Source: Candidatus Eiseniibacteriota bacterium
GTDB taxonomy: Bacteria; Eisenbacteria; RBG-16-71-46; CAVPCR01
DNA: 64,000 nucleotides
Direction of reading: 5' to 3'
Assembly (NCBI GenBank): GCA_963702435.1
Contig: CAVPCR010000003.1
Location: forward strand, 192,001 to 256,000
In this document: piece after piece, positions 27,728 through 39,104 of the stretch
Layout of the letters: each line of letters starts with the position of its first letter
Position numbering within the stretch: position 1 is the stretch's first letter
Made by a program: the position numbers and the translations under genes
Notes under the pieces: model-generated
What the model saw: the letters and a program-made list of their open reading frames with translations, nothing else
Database searches by the model: none
What the model was told of the DNA's origin: nothing

Positions 27728-30700
27728 ATGCGCGCTCGACGTCTCGAGGCTTCGCTCGTTTCTCCCCCGCTCGTTCTCCGCGCGGCCCTGCTGCTCCTGG
27801 TCGCCGCGGGAACCGCCGCGGTCCCCGCCCTCGGCTACGAGGTCCACGTGAACTGCGGCTCGGAGGACTACCTGGCCCAGGATGGCACCCTGTTCGTCGC
27901 CGATCGTGCGTACACGCCCGGAAGCTTCGGGTACATCGGCGGGTTCGACCAGTTCACCTGGCACGTGATCGGCGACACGCCGGATCAACCCCTCTATCAG
28001 TGGAACCGCATATACCAGACGGAGTACCGCTTCGACGTGCCGAACGGCGACTACCTCGTCACGCTCCACATGAGCGACAACCACAAGCATTCGACCGGGG
28101 AGTGCCAGTTCGACGTGCGCATCGAAGGCCAGGCGGCCCTCTCGAACATCGACCTCTACGCGCTAGTCTGGCGCACGTATGCGATCGATTTCACGCTGCG
28201 CGCCACGGTGGCCGACGGGGTGCTGAACGTCCAGTTCCAGCCCGACTTCGGCTTCGCCGCCATCTCGGCCATCTCGGTCGTCTCTCGCGCGCCCGATCTC
28301 ATCGCTCCGGCTCCGCCGGCCGGGCTCGTCGCTGCCGACAACTACGAGGCGGTGGCCCTCGACTGGGCGAACGGTCCCGAGGACGATCTCGCCGGCTACC
28401 AGGTCGAGCGGAGCTCGAACCCAGGCGGTCCGTTCACGACGGTCTCCGGGACGCTCGAGCGGGTCTCGCGGCGTCTCGATCCGCGGACCCCGGGCGGACC
28501 CTTCTACTACCGCGTACGCGCCGTGGACGCCTACGGCAACATCTCCGGGCCGAGCGGAGTCGTCTCGGCGATGTCGCTCGCCCAGAACGCGACGAGCCTC
28601 CCGCTCGTCCAGATCGTGATCCACCCGGACACCCTCGAGGTCCTCGACGACAACCCCGATCCGCAGCCGCCGGACCCGGATCGCTACGTGCAGCTCGACG
28701 TGGCGTTCGACAACACGCTCTACACCGACGCGATCGGGCGCTACCGGGGGAATGTCTCCCGCTCGCTGCTCAAGAAGTCCTGGAAGATCAAGCTGAATTC
28801 CGGCCTCTACGCCGGGCGCGACAACTTCAACCTGAACTCGGAGTACATCGACCGGTCGCTGCTCCGTGAGCGGATCTCCTACCAGCTGTTCGCCCGGAAC
28901 GGCTGCCCGACGCCCCGCTCCCGCTTCGTGCACCTCATCCTCAACGGCCAGTGGATGGGCGTCCGCAACGATATCGAGAACGTCGACGTCGAGTTCCTGG
29001 AACGAGTGGGCCTGTCCACGGTCAATGCCAACATGTACAAGCCGCAGGGGCCGCCGGCGCCTGCCAGCAACCTCTCCCCGCTGCCCACCGTCCAGCATTA
29101 CATGGCGGCCTACGAGAAGGAGCTCGGCGATCCGGGCGACTACAGCGATCTCATCGCCTTCATCAACGGCCTCAACTACACGTCATCCGACTCGCTGTTC
29201 CGTTTTGTGGCGACGCGCATGCACCTGAACCGGCTGGCCGACTTCTACGCCACCCAGGTCGTCCTCCAGAACACCGACCTGACCTTCAAGAACTGGCTAC
29301 TGCACCACGACCTGACGACGGATCGCTGGACGGTTGTTCCATTCGACGTCGACCTCACCTTCGGCAACGTCTGGCCGTTCAGCAACGTGTTCGCGTGCAA
29401 CGAGACGGTTTTCCTCGGTTCCGGGAACCGCCTGTTCCGCCTGATCCAGGACGTACCGGTGCTCCGCCAGCTCCACTTCGATCGCGTGCGGCAGATCCTG
29501 ACCACCACCTTCACCGGTCAGGCGACCGACGGGCTCATCGATTCCGCGTACGCGGAGGTCGAGGCCGACGCCGAGCGCGACTGGTGGAAGTGGGGCTGGG
29601 AGTCGAACGACTTCTTCCACGATGGGCCGGCCGAGCTCCGCACCTTCGTCAGCTGTCGCACGAACCACCTGTTCGGAGAGATCGCGCCCCTCGACGCGCC
29701 GCCGGCGCTCTGCGTCAACGAGCTGATGGCGTCGAACGCGACCACCATCACCGATGAATGGGGCGATCACGACGACTGGATCGAGCTCCTGAACCGGAGC
29801 GGCGCCCCGGTGAGCCTCCTCGGGCTCTACCTGACCGATGACCTCGCCGTGCCCGGTCGCTTCGCCCTTCCCGACACGACCCTCCTCCCCGGCCAGCGCG
29901 TCCTCGTGTGGGCGGACAACGAGCCATTCGAGGGGAAGTGGCACGCCCCGTTCAAGCTCGAGAAGAAGGGCGAGGCGGTGGGCATCTTCTCGGGAGCGCT
30001 CGCGACCTCGGCGCCGGTGGATGTGCGGGTCTTCGACCGCCAGCTCACCGACGCAAGCTATGGGCGGCTTCCCGACGGGAGCCCGTACTGGCAGATCCTC
30101 GCCACTCCCACTCCGGGGTCCGCCAACGCGGGCGGCGGCAACCTGAGGCCGCAGATCGACGACGTCGTCCACTTCCCGCCGGCCCCGCCGGCCAATGCGG
30201 ACGTGCGCGTGACCGCGTCCTTCTGGGACGACGGATCGCTCGCCGTGACCCAGCTCAAGTACGACGCCGGCGCCGGGTACGTCACGATGACCATGTACGA
30301 CGACGGCCTCCATGGCGACGGGGACGCCGGCGACGGGAACTACGGGGCCGTCGATTCCGGGGCAACCCTCGCTGACCACGGTCCACTACTACCTGCGGGC
30401 GGTGGACAACCTGGGCGCGCTCACCGACGATCCCGCGGGCGCGCCCCTCGTCACCTACAGCTTCATCACGGGCTACGAGCGTCCGCCGCTCTTCCTGAAC
30501 GAGTTCATGGCAGACGAACTCGGCCACGCATCCAGGACGAGCACGGCGACTACGACGACTGGGTGGAGCTCTACAACGCCGGACCGGACACGCTCGAGCT
30601 CGGCGGCAAGCACCTGACCGACAACCTGACGAACCCGACCAAGTGGATCTTCCCGGCGGTCGCGTTGCCCCCGGGCGAGTTCCTCCTCGTCTGGTGCGAC

Positions 30701-31230
30701 TCGCAGCCCTTACAGGGTCCGCTTCACGCGACGTTCAATGCTGTCGCGCCGCCGGGGAGCAACTCGGCCTCTTCGATACGATCGCGCTCGGCGTCGGCCT
30801 CATCGACTCGCTCCGCTTCGGCCACAGACCGCCGACGTGTCCTACGGGCGCCTCCCCGACGGCGGGCCATGGCGAGTTCCTCCTGCGTGCGACACCCGGA
30901 GCCACGAACGGCACCGGTAACGGGATCGAGCCACAGGGAGCCCCCGCCCGCGTGCTCGCGCTCCGCGGTCCCTATCCGAACCCGTTCAACCCGAGTGCCG
31001 TGTTCGAGCTCGAGCTGCCGGCGGCGGGGGCGGTCAGGGCGGGCATCTACGATGTGCGCGGCCGGCGGGTGCGGGTGCTCGCCGCGGAGGCGCCTCTTCC
31101 CATCGGCGTGCACCGGCTCACCTGGGACGGGCGAGACGAGCGCGGCCACCCGGTCGCCAGCGGCGTTTACTGGCTTCGCGTCGAGACGCCGCTCGGCGCC
31201 CGCGACGTCCGGGCCGTGCTGCTCCGCTAA
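27728..31230 (+). CDS. Secreted CotH-family kinase with malectin-like, Fn3, two lamin-tail domains and FlgD-Ig-like CTD (frameshifts between ~30350 and ~30830)
   Basis: VNCGSEDY...YRFDVPNGDYLVTLH (malectin); RYRGNVSR...KKSWKIKL, DRSLLRERISYQLF, KNWLL...WTVVPFDVDLTFG (CotH); NELMASN...DDWIEL and NEFMA...DDWVELYN (LTD); YPNPFNP...WDGRDERG..VASGVYW (CTD). Confidence 0.85.
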
Positions 31231-31675
31231 GACCGGACTGCAGGCCCCGAGCCGCACATCACCCGCTCATGAAAGCCTTTTCTTGGGAGCAAGAACGCGC
31301 GGCTGTACACTTTACCTGCGTCTAGCCACCGGCGCAGGCCGCGCAGAATCTCACACCGCGATTGTAGATTTCCCGTCCCGGAAAATACAGCGCACCTTGC
31401 GTTTTTCGTGGATCAAGTGACCTCCAAGTGATATTCTAGCCGCGGTTCGGGACAACGTAGTTCCCACACGGAGGTGTCCGTGGCCGCTCCGGGTCTACTG
31501 GTCCACATCTTCAGGCCGTGCCGTCTTCCTCGGCCCCCGCCCGCGTTCTCCAAAACTCGCCTAGATCTCCCCCAACCCTCTCTTTTTCCACCGTGTCCTG
31601 GCACTTGCGGTTGGGGTTTCGCCATGCCGGCGGACCCGACCAGCGTGCACCGACGAAGCACAGGAGAGGTCCGCC

Positions 31676-34600
31676 ATGAAGGTTGCCGCCCTCCTCTCGG
31701 CGATTCTCGCCGTCGCCCTCGCTCTGCCTGCCGCCGCTACCACTCCGCTCAGCACCTGGGGCACCACGATCACCCTCTCGAATGAGACCTATGTCCTGAC
31801 CGCCGACCTCGTCGATGCCGCCCAGGGCACGAGTGACTTCGGGATCCGCATCGCTCCGGGCGTACACGACATCGCGATCGACGGGAGCGGATTCCTGATC
31901 GACGGGCGGGACACGAGCGGCCCGGCCGACGACGACATCGGGATCGAGATCGTGGGGACCGCCGCCTCCCCCATCCGGAACGTCCGCATCCACGACCTTC
32001 GCTTCACCGACCTCGGGAACGCCGTCTACGGGCAGGACGATCTGTGCCAGATCACCGTGGAGGACTCGGAGTTCGCGCTCGTCAACGACTGGAGCGCGAT
32101 CGAGTTCGTCACGCTGACGCCGGGCGCCACGCTCCAGTGGGTCACGATCCGCGAGAACTGGATCCACGATTCGGCCGCCTTCCCGGTGAAGCTCATGAAC
32201 CACGCGAATGCCGGGGCCCCAACTGCTTCCATGTCCCACATCTACGTGATCGGGAACGTGATCCACGACAATCGCCGCTCGGTGGCCCACCCGGAGAACT
32301 GGAACGCCGCGATCGGCTTCCGCCACGGGGCGAGCGACCTCCGGGTGTGGGACAACGTGGTACTGACGAACGACGGCCTCGCGGGGCTCTTCATCGGCTC
32401 GGATGACGTGGCCGGCGACGTCTACGACGAGGTGTCCATCCGCGGGAACCACTTCGGCGCTTCCGCCGGCAACATCCGGGCTCCTTCGGGGACCGTGCTC
32501 GCCTCGGGCATCACCCTCCACCAGGTGACGACGACGAGCGGGGACTTCTCGACCTGGACCGTGAGCGGGAACTACCTCTACGGGAACGCGCTCCGCGGGA
32601 TCGACTTGATCCCCGGGAGCGGCCCGACACCTCTCCCCACGAACGGCAACTGGTGGGGCGCGGACGGCACGGTCGGCGGGACCTACGCCAACGGCGCCGC
32701 GAACGCCACCGATCCGTCCCCTCTCGATCTTCCCGACGGCGCGATCGCCCGCCCCGATCGGGCTCTGATCGACCGCTCTCTCGCCGACACGGACGGCTAC
32801 GTCGGGCACGTCGTCCTCCTCAATCAGAACGGCGGCGCACCGGGCATCCGTGGTTTCGACATCGACTACGACTTCGGCGTGAACCTCGTCTTCGAGCGCA
32901 CGGTCGAGGGACCGTTCCTCCGCCGCCAGTTCCCGATCACCACGTTCTTCGACGTGCCGCGGATCGGCGGGAGCGGGAATGAACGGACGTCCTCCGGCGC
33001 CATCCTCGGTGGGGCGGCGCCGCTCGCCGTCGGGAACGGCGCGCTCGCCCTCGCGGTCTTCCGGGCGGGCGCGGAGGACCTCGCCGCAGCCGACGACGTC
33101 GAGCTCGACAACGTCCAGGTGCGCGATCCGCTCAACCAGCCGCTCGCGGTGGCCGGGCTCGACGACGCCGATCGCGGGATCGACGCGACCGACCCGGGGG
33201 TCACCCTGGCCGTGACCGGCGGCGACGACTGCGTGGCGACCCCGACCATCTCGTTCGATGTCGCGGCGAGCGACAACTACGCGCTCGAGGACGTCCTCTA
33301 TCGTCTCCGCAAGGTGAGCCTCGCCCCCGGCTGCTGGACGCCGCTCGTCCTCGATGCGGCGGGCACGAGCACCGGACCGACGGTGGTCGTCGTTCCCTTC
33401 GCGAGCGGGGACGGGCAGTACGTGTTCGAGGTGCGGGCCACCGACGATGCCGGGAACTTCGCGCTCGGCGCGCTCACGATCACCTACGACACGACCCCGC
33501 CCGCCGACTTCGCGGGCACGACGGGAGCCGTGGCGGTGCCCGGTCCGGGCTCCCCCGCGGCCGAGGAAGTCCAGGTCACCTGGAACGGGAGCTTCGAGGC
33601 GGGCGGCGATCTCCGGCTCCGCTATCTCCCCTACGGCGGCGCGATCGGCAACTTCGCCTACCCCGAGTACGACGATGCGGCGCCGGTCCCCGGGCCCCAC
33701 TTCCCGGGTCCCGCGGAAGGCATCGAGATCAACATCCCCGACGCCGGCGCGGGGAGCGTCACCATCCCCTACCTGATCGCGGAACGCTCCTACTACTACT
33801 ATGTGATCTACGTCATCGACTGCGCGGGGAATCCGTCGCCCGGCAGCGGTGCGAGCGCGCGCGCGAACGCGCTCTCCTACTACCTCGGAGACTGGGATCC
33901 GGCCGTGACCCCGGCCTGCGCCGGCTCGCCGGCCTATGCGAGCGGGAACGGCGAGGTCAACTTCTGCGACTTGATCGGGCTCTCGGCGACCTTCGGCACG
34001 GTCTTCCCACAGCCCGCGTTCGTGAACTACGCCGATATCGGGCCCACCGTGCCGGGGCCGGGCGTCCTCGACCTGCCGGCGACCGACAACGTCATCGACT
34101 TCGAGGACCTGATTCTCTTCGCCATCAACTTCGGAAACGTGGCCCCGCTCGGGGGCGACGTGGTTCTCGGTGAGGAGGCGCCGGGCACCGTGGCCCTCCT
34201 CGCCGAGCCCGCGACAGACGAGCGCAGCGGCATCCTGACCGTCCGCCTCCGTCTCGCCGGGAACGGGCGCGAGGTCAAGGGCTTCGAGGCCGTGCTCGAG
34301 CACGCGGCGGGACTCCGCTTCGCCGGCGCCCGTCCGGGGCCGGCCCTCGGTGACGGCGCCTTCTTCCGGGCCCTCGAGCGCGGCGATCGGGTGAGCGTGA
34401 ATGCCGCCGCGCTCGCCGGCGTCTTCCGGGGCACGGGGGTCGTGGCCGAGCTCGACTACGAGGTCGGGGGGCCGGCGACCGGGGTCGCGGTCGTCGCCGC
34501 GAAGATCCGCGATGCCGCCAACCGCGAGCTCGCGGGCGCCGGGACGACCGGGATCGATGAGCCGGCCGCGGGCGGTCCGGGGGCGGCGCCGCCGCTTGCC

Positions 34601-34873
34601 ACCGTTTTCTACGCTCCGGCGCCGAATCCGGCGAGCGGGAGCGCGCTCCTGCGCTTCACGCTCGAGCGCCCGGCGGCGGCCTCGCTTCGCGTGTACGACA
34701 CGGCAGGACGCCTCGTGCGCACGGTCGCCGACCAACCCTTCCCGGCCGGCGGGTCGAGCGTGGCCTGGGACGGCCGGTCAGACGCCGGGGATCCGGCGCC
34801 GACCGGCATCTACTTCGTGGAGTTCACCGGCGGCCAGGTCCGCGCGGTCCACAAGCTGATTCTCGTGCGCTAG
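31676..34873 (+). CDS. Secreted beta-helix protein with cohesin-like / Ig / Fn3 / dockerin-like / cohesin-like / FlgD-Ig CTD cassette
   Basis: Signal peptide; parallel beta-helix repeats ending NWWG; AYPEYDD; YYLGDWD...GNGEVNFCDL...TDNVIDFEDLILFAINF; APNP...WDGRSDAG...GIYFV...KLILVR. Confidence 0.8.
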   Translation: MKVAALLSAILAVALALPAAATTPLSTWGTTITLSNETYVLTADLVDAAQGTSDFGIRIAPGVHDIAIDGSGFLIDGRDTSGPADDDIGIEIVGTAASPIRNVRIHDLRFTDLGNAVYGQDDLCQITVEDSEFALVNDWSAIEFVTLTPGATLQWVTIRENWIHDSAAFPVKLMNHANAGAPTASMSHIYVIGNVIHDNRRSVAHPENWNAAIGFRHGASDLRVWDNVVLTNDGLAGLFIGSDDVAGDVYDEVSIRGNHFGASAGNIRAPSGTVLASGITLHQVTTTSGDFSTWTVSGNYLYGNALRGIDLIPGSGPTPLPTNGNWWGADGTVGGTYANGAANATDPSPLDLPDGAIARPDRALIDRSLADTDGYVGHVVLLNQNGGAPGIRGFDIDYDFGVNLVFERTVEGPFLRRQFPITTFFDVPRIGGSGNERTSSGAILGGAAPLAVGNGALALAVFRAGAEDLAAADDVELDNVQVRDPLNQPLAVAGLDDADRGIDATDPGVTLAVTGGDDCVATPTISFDVAASDNYALEDVLYRLRKVSLAPGCWTPLVLDAAGTSTGPTVVVVPFASGDGQYVFEVRATDDAGNFALGALTITYDTTPPADFAGTTGAVAVPGPGSPAAEEVQVTWNGSFEAGGDLRLRYLPYGGAIGNFAYPEYDDAAPVPGPHFPGPAEGIEINIPDAGAGSVTIPYLIAERSYYYYVIYVIDCAGNPSPGSGASARANALSYYLGDWDPAVTPACAGSPAYASGNGEVNFCDLIGLSATFGTVFPQPAFVNYADIGPTVPGPGVLDLPATDNVIDFEDLILFAINFGNVAPLGGDVVLGEEAPGTVALLAEPATDERSGILTVRLRLAGNGREVKGFEAVLEHAAGLRFAGARPGPALGDGAFFRALERGDRVSVNAAALAGVFRGTGVVAELDYEVGGPATGVAVVAAKIRDAANRELAGAGTTGIDEPAAGGPGAAPPLATVFYAPAPNPASGSALLRFTLERPAAASLRVYDTAGRLVRTVADQPFPAGGSSVAWDGRSDAGDPAPTGIYFVEFTGGQVRAVHKLILVR

Positions 34874-34940
34874 CGGGTTCGAGCTGGCAACGGCCGCGGC
34901 GGCGGGAACGACAAGGCCCGCCGCCGCCGGAGGAGGACAC

Positions 34941-37900
34941 ATGGTCCAGTCGTTCGAGATGCGACGGCTCGCAATCGTTCTGGCCGGCGCCTCATTCATC
35001 CTCGCCGCTCCCGCCCTCGGCGCGGTGCCCATCTCGAGCTGGGGGTTCGTCGCGCTCTTCAGCGACACGACCTACGTCGTGACCGGGAACCTGGTCGAGC
35101 CGGGCGGGACCCAGGGCGTGAGCGGGAGCGTCGCCATCCGCGTGGCGCCCTCCGTGTATGACATCGTGATCGAGGGCGGCGGCTTCACGATCGACGGACG
35201 CGACACGGGCGGCACGCCCGATCTCGATCTCGCCGTCGCCATGAACGGGATCCCCTCGGGTCCGATCCGGAATGTCGTCGTCCGCGGCCTCCGCTTCACC
35301 GACGTGAGCACGGGGGTGAGCATCAAGGACTACGTGTGCCGCGCGGTCGTCGAGGACTGCGAATTCGTGGGGATGGTGAACAAGGCGGCGGTCGAGATCG
35401 CCAACGAGCTCGCGGGCGCCCAGATGCGCTGGATCACCGTGCGCGACTCCTGGTTCCACGATGGAGCCGGGATCCCGGTCCTCATTCGCAACACGGCGAA
35501 CGCGAGCGGCGGCGCGCTCATGGAGCACGTGGCGGTCGTCGCCAACGTGGTCCACGACTACCGGCGCTCGCCCGCGCTTCCCGAGCCGTGGAACGCGGCG
35601 ATCCTCTTCCGCGACGGGGCGGCGGACGTCCGCGTGTGGGACAACCTGGTCGTGGGCGGGCAGGGCGAATCGGGGCTCTTCATGACCTCGAGCGACGTGC
35701 CGTCCCGCGCGTACAACGGGGTCTCGATCCGCGGCAACGTGTTCGCCGGGGCCGCCGGGAACATCCGGGCCGTCGGGTCGGATCTCGCCTCCGGCATCAC
35801 GCTCGACCGGGTCACCACCTCGAGCGGGAACTTCGCCACCTGGACGGTGACGCGGAACTACCTCGTCCAGAACGAGAACCGAGGCATCGAGTTCCTGACC
35901 GGGTCGAACACGCCGCCCGCCCTGCCCACGAGCGGCAACTGGTGGGGCGAGGACGGCACGTTGACGGGCACCTACGGGAACGGGGCGACGAACGCGACCG
36001 ACGCGGCGCCGCTGGATCTCGCGGACGGCATCCTCGCGCTACCCCACCGCGCCGGCGGCGCTGATCGGGCGGTCGCGGACGTGGCGGGCTTCGCGGGCCA
36101 GGTCGTCCTTCTCAATCAGAACAACGGCGTGCCGGGGATCCGCGGCTTCGACGTGGACTACGACCACACAGCGAGCTACGCGTTTCGCCGCACGGTCGAG
36201 GGGCCGTTCCTCCGCCGGCAGGCCGCGCTCATCCAGTTCTACGACATCCCGACCATCGGCGGGAGCGGGAACGAGCGGACGGCGTCGGGCGCGATCCTCG
36301 GCGGCGGGGCGCCGCTCGCGGTCGGGAACGGCGTCTTGACGCTCACCGTGCTGGCGGGTGTCGCCCAGGATGAGGCGACGCCCCCGGACTTCCTCCTCGA
36401 CCAGGTCGCGCTGCGCGATCCGGGGAACTACCCGATCGCGATCGCAAGCCTCGGCGATGCGGACCATCCGGTGGACGACACCCCGCCGGCGGCCGTCCTG
36501 ACACCGCCGGGACCGTATCCGTGCGTGGGTTCGGCGACCGCGCCCGTCGGGGTGGCGGTGAGCGACGACTTCGCGCTCGAGGACGTGATCTACCGGTTCT
36601 ACAAGGTGGGCCTCGATCCGGGTTGCTGGATCCCGCTCTCGCTCGACGAGCCGGGAGTCGCCTACACGGGGCCGGCGAGCGTTCCTGTGGCCTTCGCGTT
36701 CGGCGATGGGACGTACCGCTTCGAACTCCTCGCCACCGATGACGCCGGGAACACGCTCCGCCAGGTGCTCGCGCTGACCTTCGACGCGACCCCGCCCGCG
36801 GACTTCGCGGGGACGACGAGCGCGCTCGCCGTCCCGGGCCCGGGCACGCCTGCCGTCGAGGAAGTCCGCTTCACCTGGAGCGGGACCTTCGAGACGGGCG
36901 GCGACCTCCGCCTCCGCTACCTCCCCTACGGCGGCGCCATCGGGAACTACGCGTATCCCGAGTACGACGACGCGGCGCCGCTTCCGGGGCCGCACTTCCC
37001 CGGGCCGACCGAGGGCCTCGAGGTCGACGTGCCCGACGTGAGCGCGGGGAACGTGGTCATCCCGTTCACCGTCCCGCAGCGTTCCTACTACTACTTCACG
37101 CTCTACGTGCGCGACTGCGCCGGGAACCCGTCGCCAGGCACATCGACCGCCGTGCGCAAGAACTCGCTCAGCTACTACCTCGGAGACTGGGACTCGAACG
37201 TGCCGCCCGCCTGTCCGGGCTCGCCCCAGTATCCGAGCGGCAACGGGCAGGTCAACTTCTGCGACCTGATCGGGCTGAGCCGCGCCTTCGCGACGACATC
37301 GCTCGATCCCAACTTCTCGAACTACGTGGACATCGGACCGACGACCCCGGGACCCGGTCCCTGGGATCGGCCGACCACGGACAATGTGATCGACTTCGAG
37401 GACCTGATCCTCTTCGCGGTCAACTTCGAGACCGTGGCTCCGCTCGACGGGGACGACCCGGCCGCGGAGGAGACGCTGCCGGGGGCGCCGGGCGGCGGGC
37501 TCGTGCGTCTCGCGGCGGAGGTCGTGGCCCGCGATCCCGAGCGGATCGTGGTCGCGCTCCGCGCGAGCGGCGACGTGGAGGCGCTCCTCGGATGCGAGGC
37601 CGTGCTTGCCGCACCGGGGCTCCGACTCGTCGAGGCGCGGCCGGGCGCGATCCTGCCGGCGGCGCACTTCCTCAAGGCGGTGCCGGGCGAGGGTGAGGGC
37701 GAGGTGAGCGTGAACCTCGCGCTCCTCGGCGCGGGCGAGCGCATCGCGAGCGCCGGCGTGCTCGCGGAGATCGTCCTCGCCCCGGTGCGGGAGGACGTCC
37801 CGGGCGGCGTGCCGCGGCTCGCGAGCCAGAAGGTGCGCGACCGCTGGAACCGGGAGCTCGACGGCACCGCGAGCGGGCCGCCGGTCGCGGCGGTGGATCC

Positions 37901-38189
37901 GGTGGACGCGCCGGGCGCGCTGCCGGCGGAGTTCGCCCTGGGCGAGCCCGTCCCGAACCCCATGAACCCGGCGACGACCGTCCGCATCCTCGTTCCGCTG
38001 CGGAGCGAGGTGCGGGTCACGGTCTACGACCCGGCGGGGCGCGTCGTCGCGCGCCTCTTCGAGGGGATCGCCGAGCCGGGCGCGCACACCCTGACCTGGC
38101 AGGCCGAGAGGCAGGCCAGCGGGCTCTACCTGATCGAGATGTCGGCGGGCGACTTCCGCGCGGTGCGGAAGGTGCTCGCCATCAAGTAG
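34941..38189 (+). CDS. Tandem paralogue of 31676..34873 with the same architecture
   Basis: Collinear throughout (PGIRGFD, RTVEGPFLRRQ, LRLRYLPYGGAIGN.AYPEYDDAAP, TDNVIDFEDLILFA.NF); CTD PNPMNP...SGLYLI...KVLAIK. Confidence 0.8.
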   Translation: MVQSFEMRRLAIVLAGASFILAAPALGAVPISSWGFVALFSDTTYVVTGNLVEPGGTQGVSGSVAIRVAPSVYDIVIEGGGFTIDGRDTGGTPDLDLAVAMNGIPSGPIRNVVVRGLRFTDVSTGVSIKDYVCRAVVEDCEFVGMVNKAAVEIANELAGAQMRWITVRDSWFHDGAGIPVLIRNTANASGGALMEHVAVVANVVHDYRRSPALPEPWNAAILFRDGAADVRVWDNLVVGGQGESGLFMTSSDVPSRAYNGVSIRGNVFAGAAGNIRAVGSDLASGITLDRVTTSSGNFATWTVTRNYLVQNENRGIEFLTGSNTPPALPTSGNWWGEDGTLTGTYGNGATNATDAAPLDLADGILALPHRAGGADRAVADVAGFAGQVVLLNQNNGVPGIRGFDVDYDHTASYAFRRTVEGPFLRRQAALIQFYDIPTIGGSGNERTASGAILGGGAPLAVGNGVLTLTVLAGVAQDEATPPDFLLDQVALRDPGNYPIAIASLGDADHPVDDTPPAAVLTPPGPYPCVGSATAPVGVAVSDDFALEDVIYRFYKVGLDPGCWIPLSLDEPGVAYTGPASVPVAFAFGDGTYRFELLATDDAGNTLRQVLALTFDATPPADFAGTTSALAVPGPGTPAVEEVRFTWSGTFETGGDLRLRYLPYGGAIGNYAYPEYDDAAPLPGPHFPGPTEGLEVDVPDVSAGNVVIPFTVPQRSYYYFTLYVRDCAGNPSPGTSTAVRKNSLSYYLGDWDSNVPPACPGSPQYPSGNGQVNFCDLIGLSRAFATTSLDPNFSNYVDIGPTTPGPGPWDRPTTDNVIDFEDLILFAVNFETVAPLDGDDPAAEETLPGAPGGGLVRLAAEVVARDPERIVVALRASGDVEALLGCEAVLAAPGLRLVEARPGAILPAAHFLKAVPGEGEGEVSVNLALLGAGERIASAGVLAEIVLAPVREDVPGGVPRLASQKVRDRWNRELDGTASGPPVAAVDPVDAPGALPAEFALGEPVPNPMNPATTVRILVPLRSEVRVTVYDPAGRVVARLFEGIAEPGAHTLTWQAERQASGLYLIEMSAGDFRAVRKVLAIK

Positions 38190-38199
38190 GAGGTCGGCG

Positions 38200-38982
38200 A
38201 TGCCACGAATCGTGAAGATAGCTGCCGCTCTTCTCGCAACCGCCTCGTTCGCCCTGGGTGGTGCGGCAACCCGGGCGGGCGCCGACCCCCTGGTCTACCT
38301 GCGCCCGCTGTGCCTCAACATCCAGGCCGGGCAGACGCTGACCGTGCACCTGAGCGTGGGGGCGACGGGTGACCCGATCAGCTGCTTCTACGCGGTCCTC
38401 TCCTACGATCCGGCGCGCATCGCCATCCTGGACGTGGACGAGGGGAACCTGTTCTCGGGGTCGCCCGAACCCACGTTCCCGGGATGGCAGTTCACGGCGC
38501 CGGACTCCTTCGAGGTCTACAACTGCGTCCTCGGCTCGGGAACCTTCGTGCTGCCGCCCGGCGACCTCGCCGACATCACGGTCCAGGGGCTCGTGACCGG
38601 TCCCGCCCCGATGACGATCGGGTTCATTGACATCCGGAACGTGGCCCGGCTGCCCTACCCGAACATCACGGTCTTGAACTGCGGGATAACCGGGGTGCCT
38701 GACGAGATCGAGGCGCCGGCGGTCGTCCCGGAGATCCGGGTGACTCCGAACCCGGCGCCCGGCTTCGCGCGCATCACGCTCCTCGGAGCGGTGCCGCCGG
38801 GGCCGGTGGCGATTTACGACGTTGCGGGCCGTCTGTGCCGCGCCCTGGAGGCGGCGGGCGGCGGCTCGGTGCTCGAGTGGGACGGCCGCGACGCACGCGG
38901 CCGCCTCGCCGCGCCGGGGCTCTATGTGCTCCGGGGCGGGCGGGATGGGGAGCTTCGAACGAAGCTCCTCCTCGTGAGGTGA
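38200..38982 (+). CDS. Small secreted cohesin-like domain plus FlgD-Ig CTD protein
   Basis: Signal peptide; VYLRP...AGQTLTVHLSV...FYAVLSYDPARIAILDVDEGNLF...GDLADITV cohesin-like pattern; PNP...WDGRDARG...PGLYV...KLLLVR. Confidence 0.75.
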   Translation: MPRIVKIAAALLATASFALGGAATRAGADPLVYLRPLCLNIQAGQTLTVHLSVGATGDPISCFYAVLSYDPARIAILDVDEGNLFSGSPEPTFPGWQFTAPDSFEVYNCVLGSGTFVLPPGDLADITVQGLVTGPAPMTIGFIDIRNVARLPYPNITVLNCGITGVPDEIEAPAVVPEIRVTPNPAPGFARITLLGAVPPGPVAIYDVAGRLCRALEAAGGGSVLEWDGRDARGRLAAPGLYVLRGGRDGELRTKLLLVR

Positions 38983-39104
38983 GGCGAAGCGACGATGCAC
39001 GTCTCGAAGCCGACTTACGCATGCGCTCTACGTAATAGGTCCTGGCCGCACCCGGCGGATAGCGGGTGCCTGCTCGTCCGCAAGGACAAATGGAGGAAGC
39101 GATA

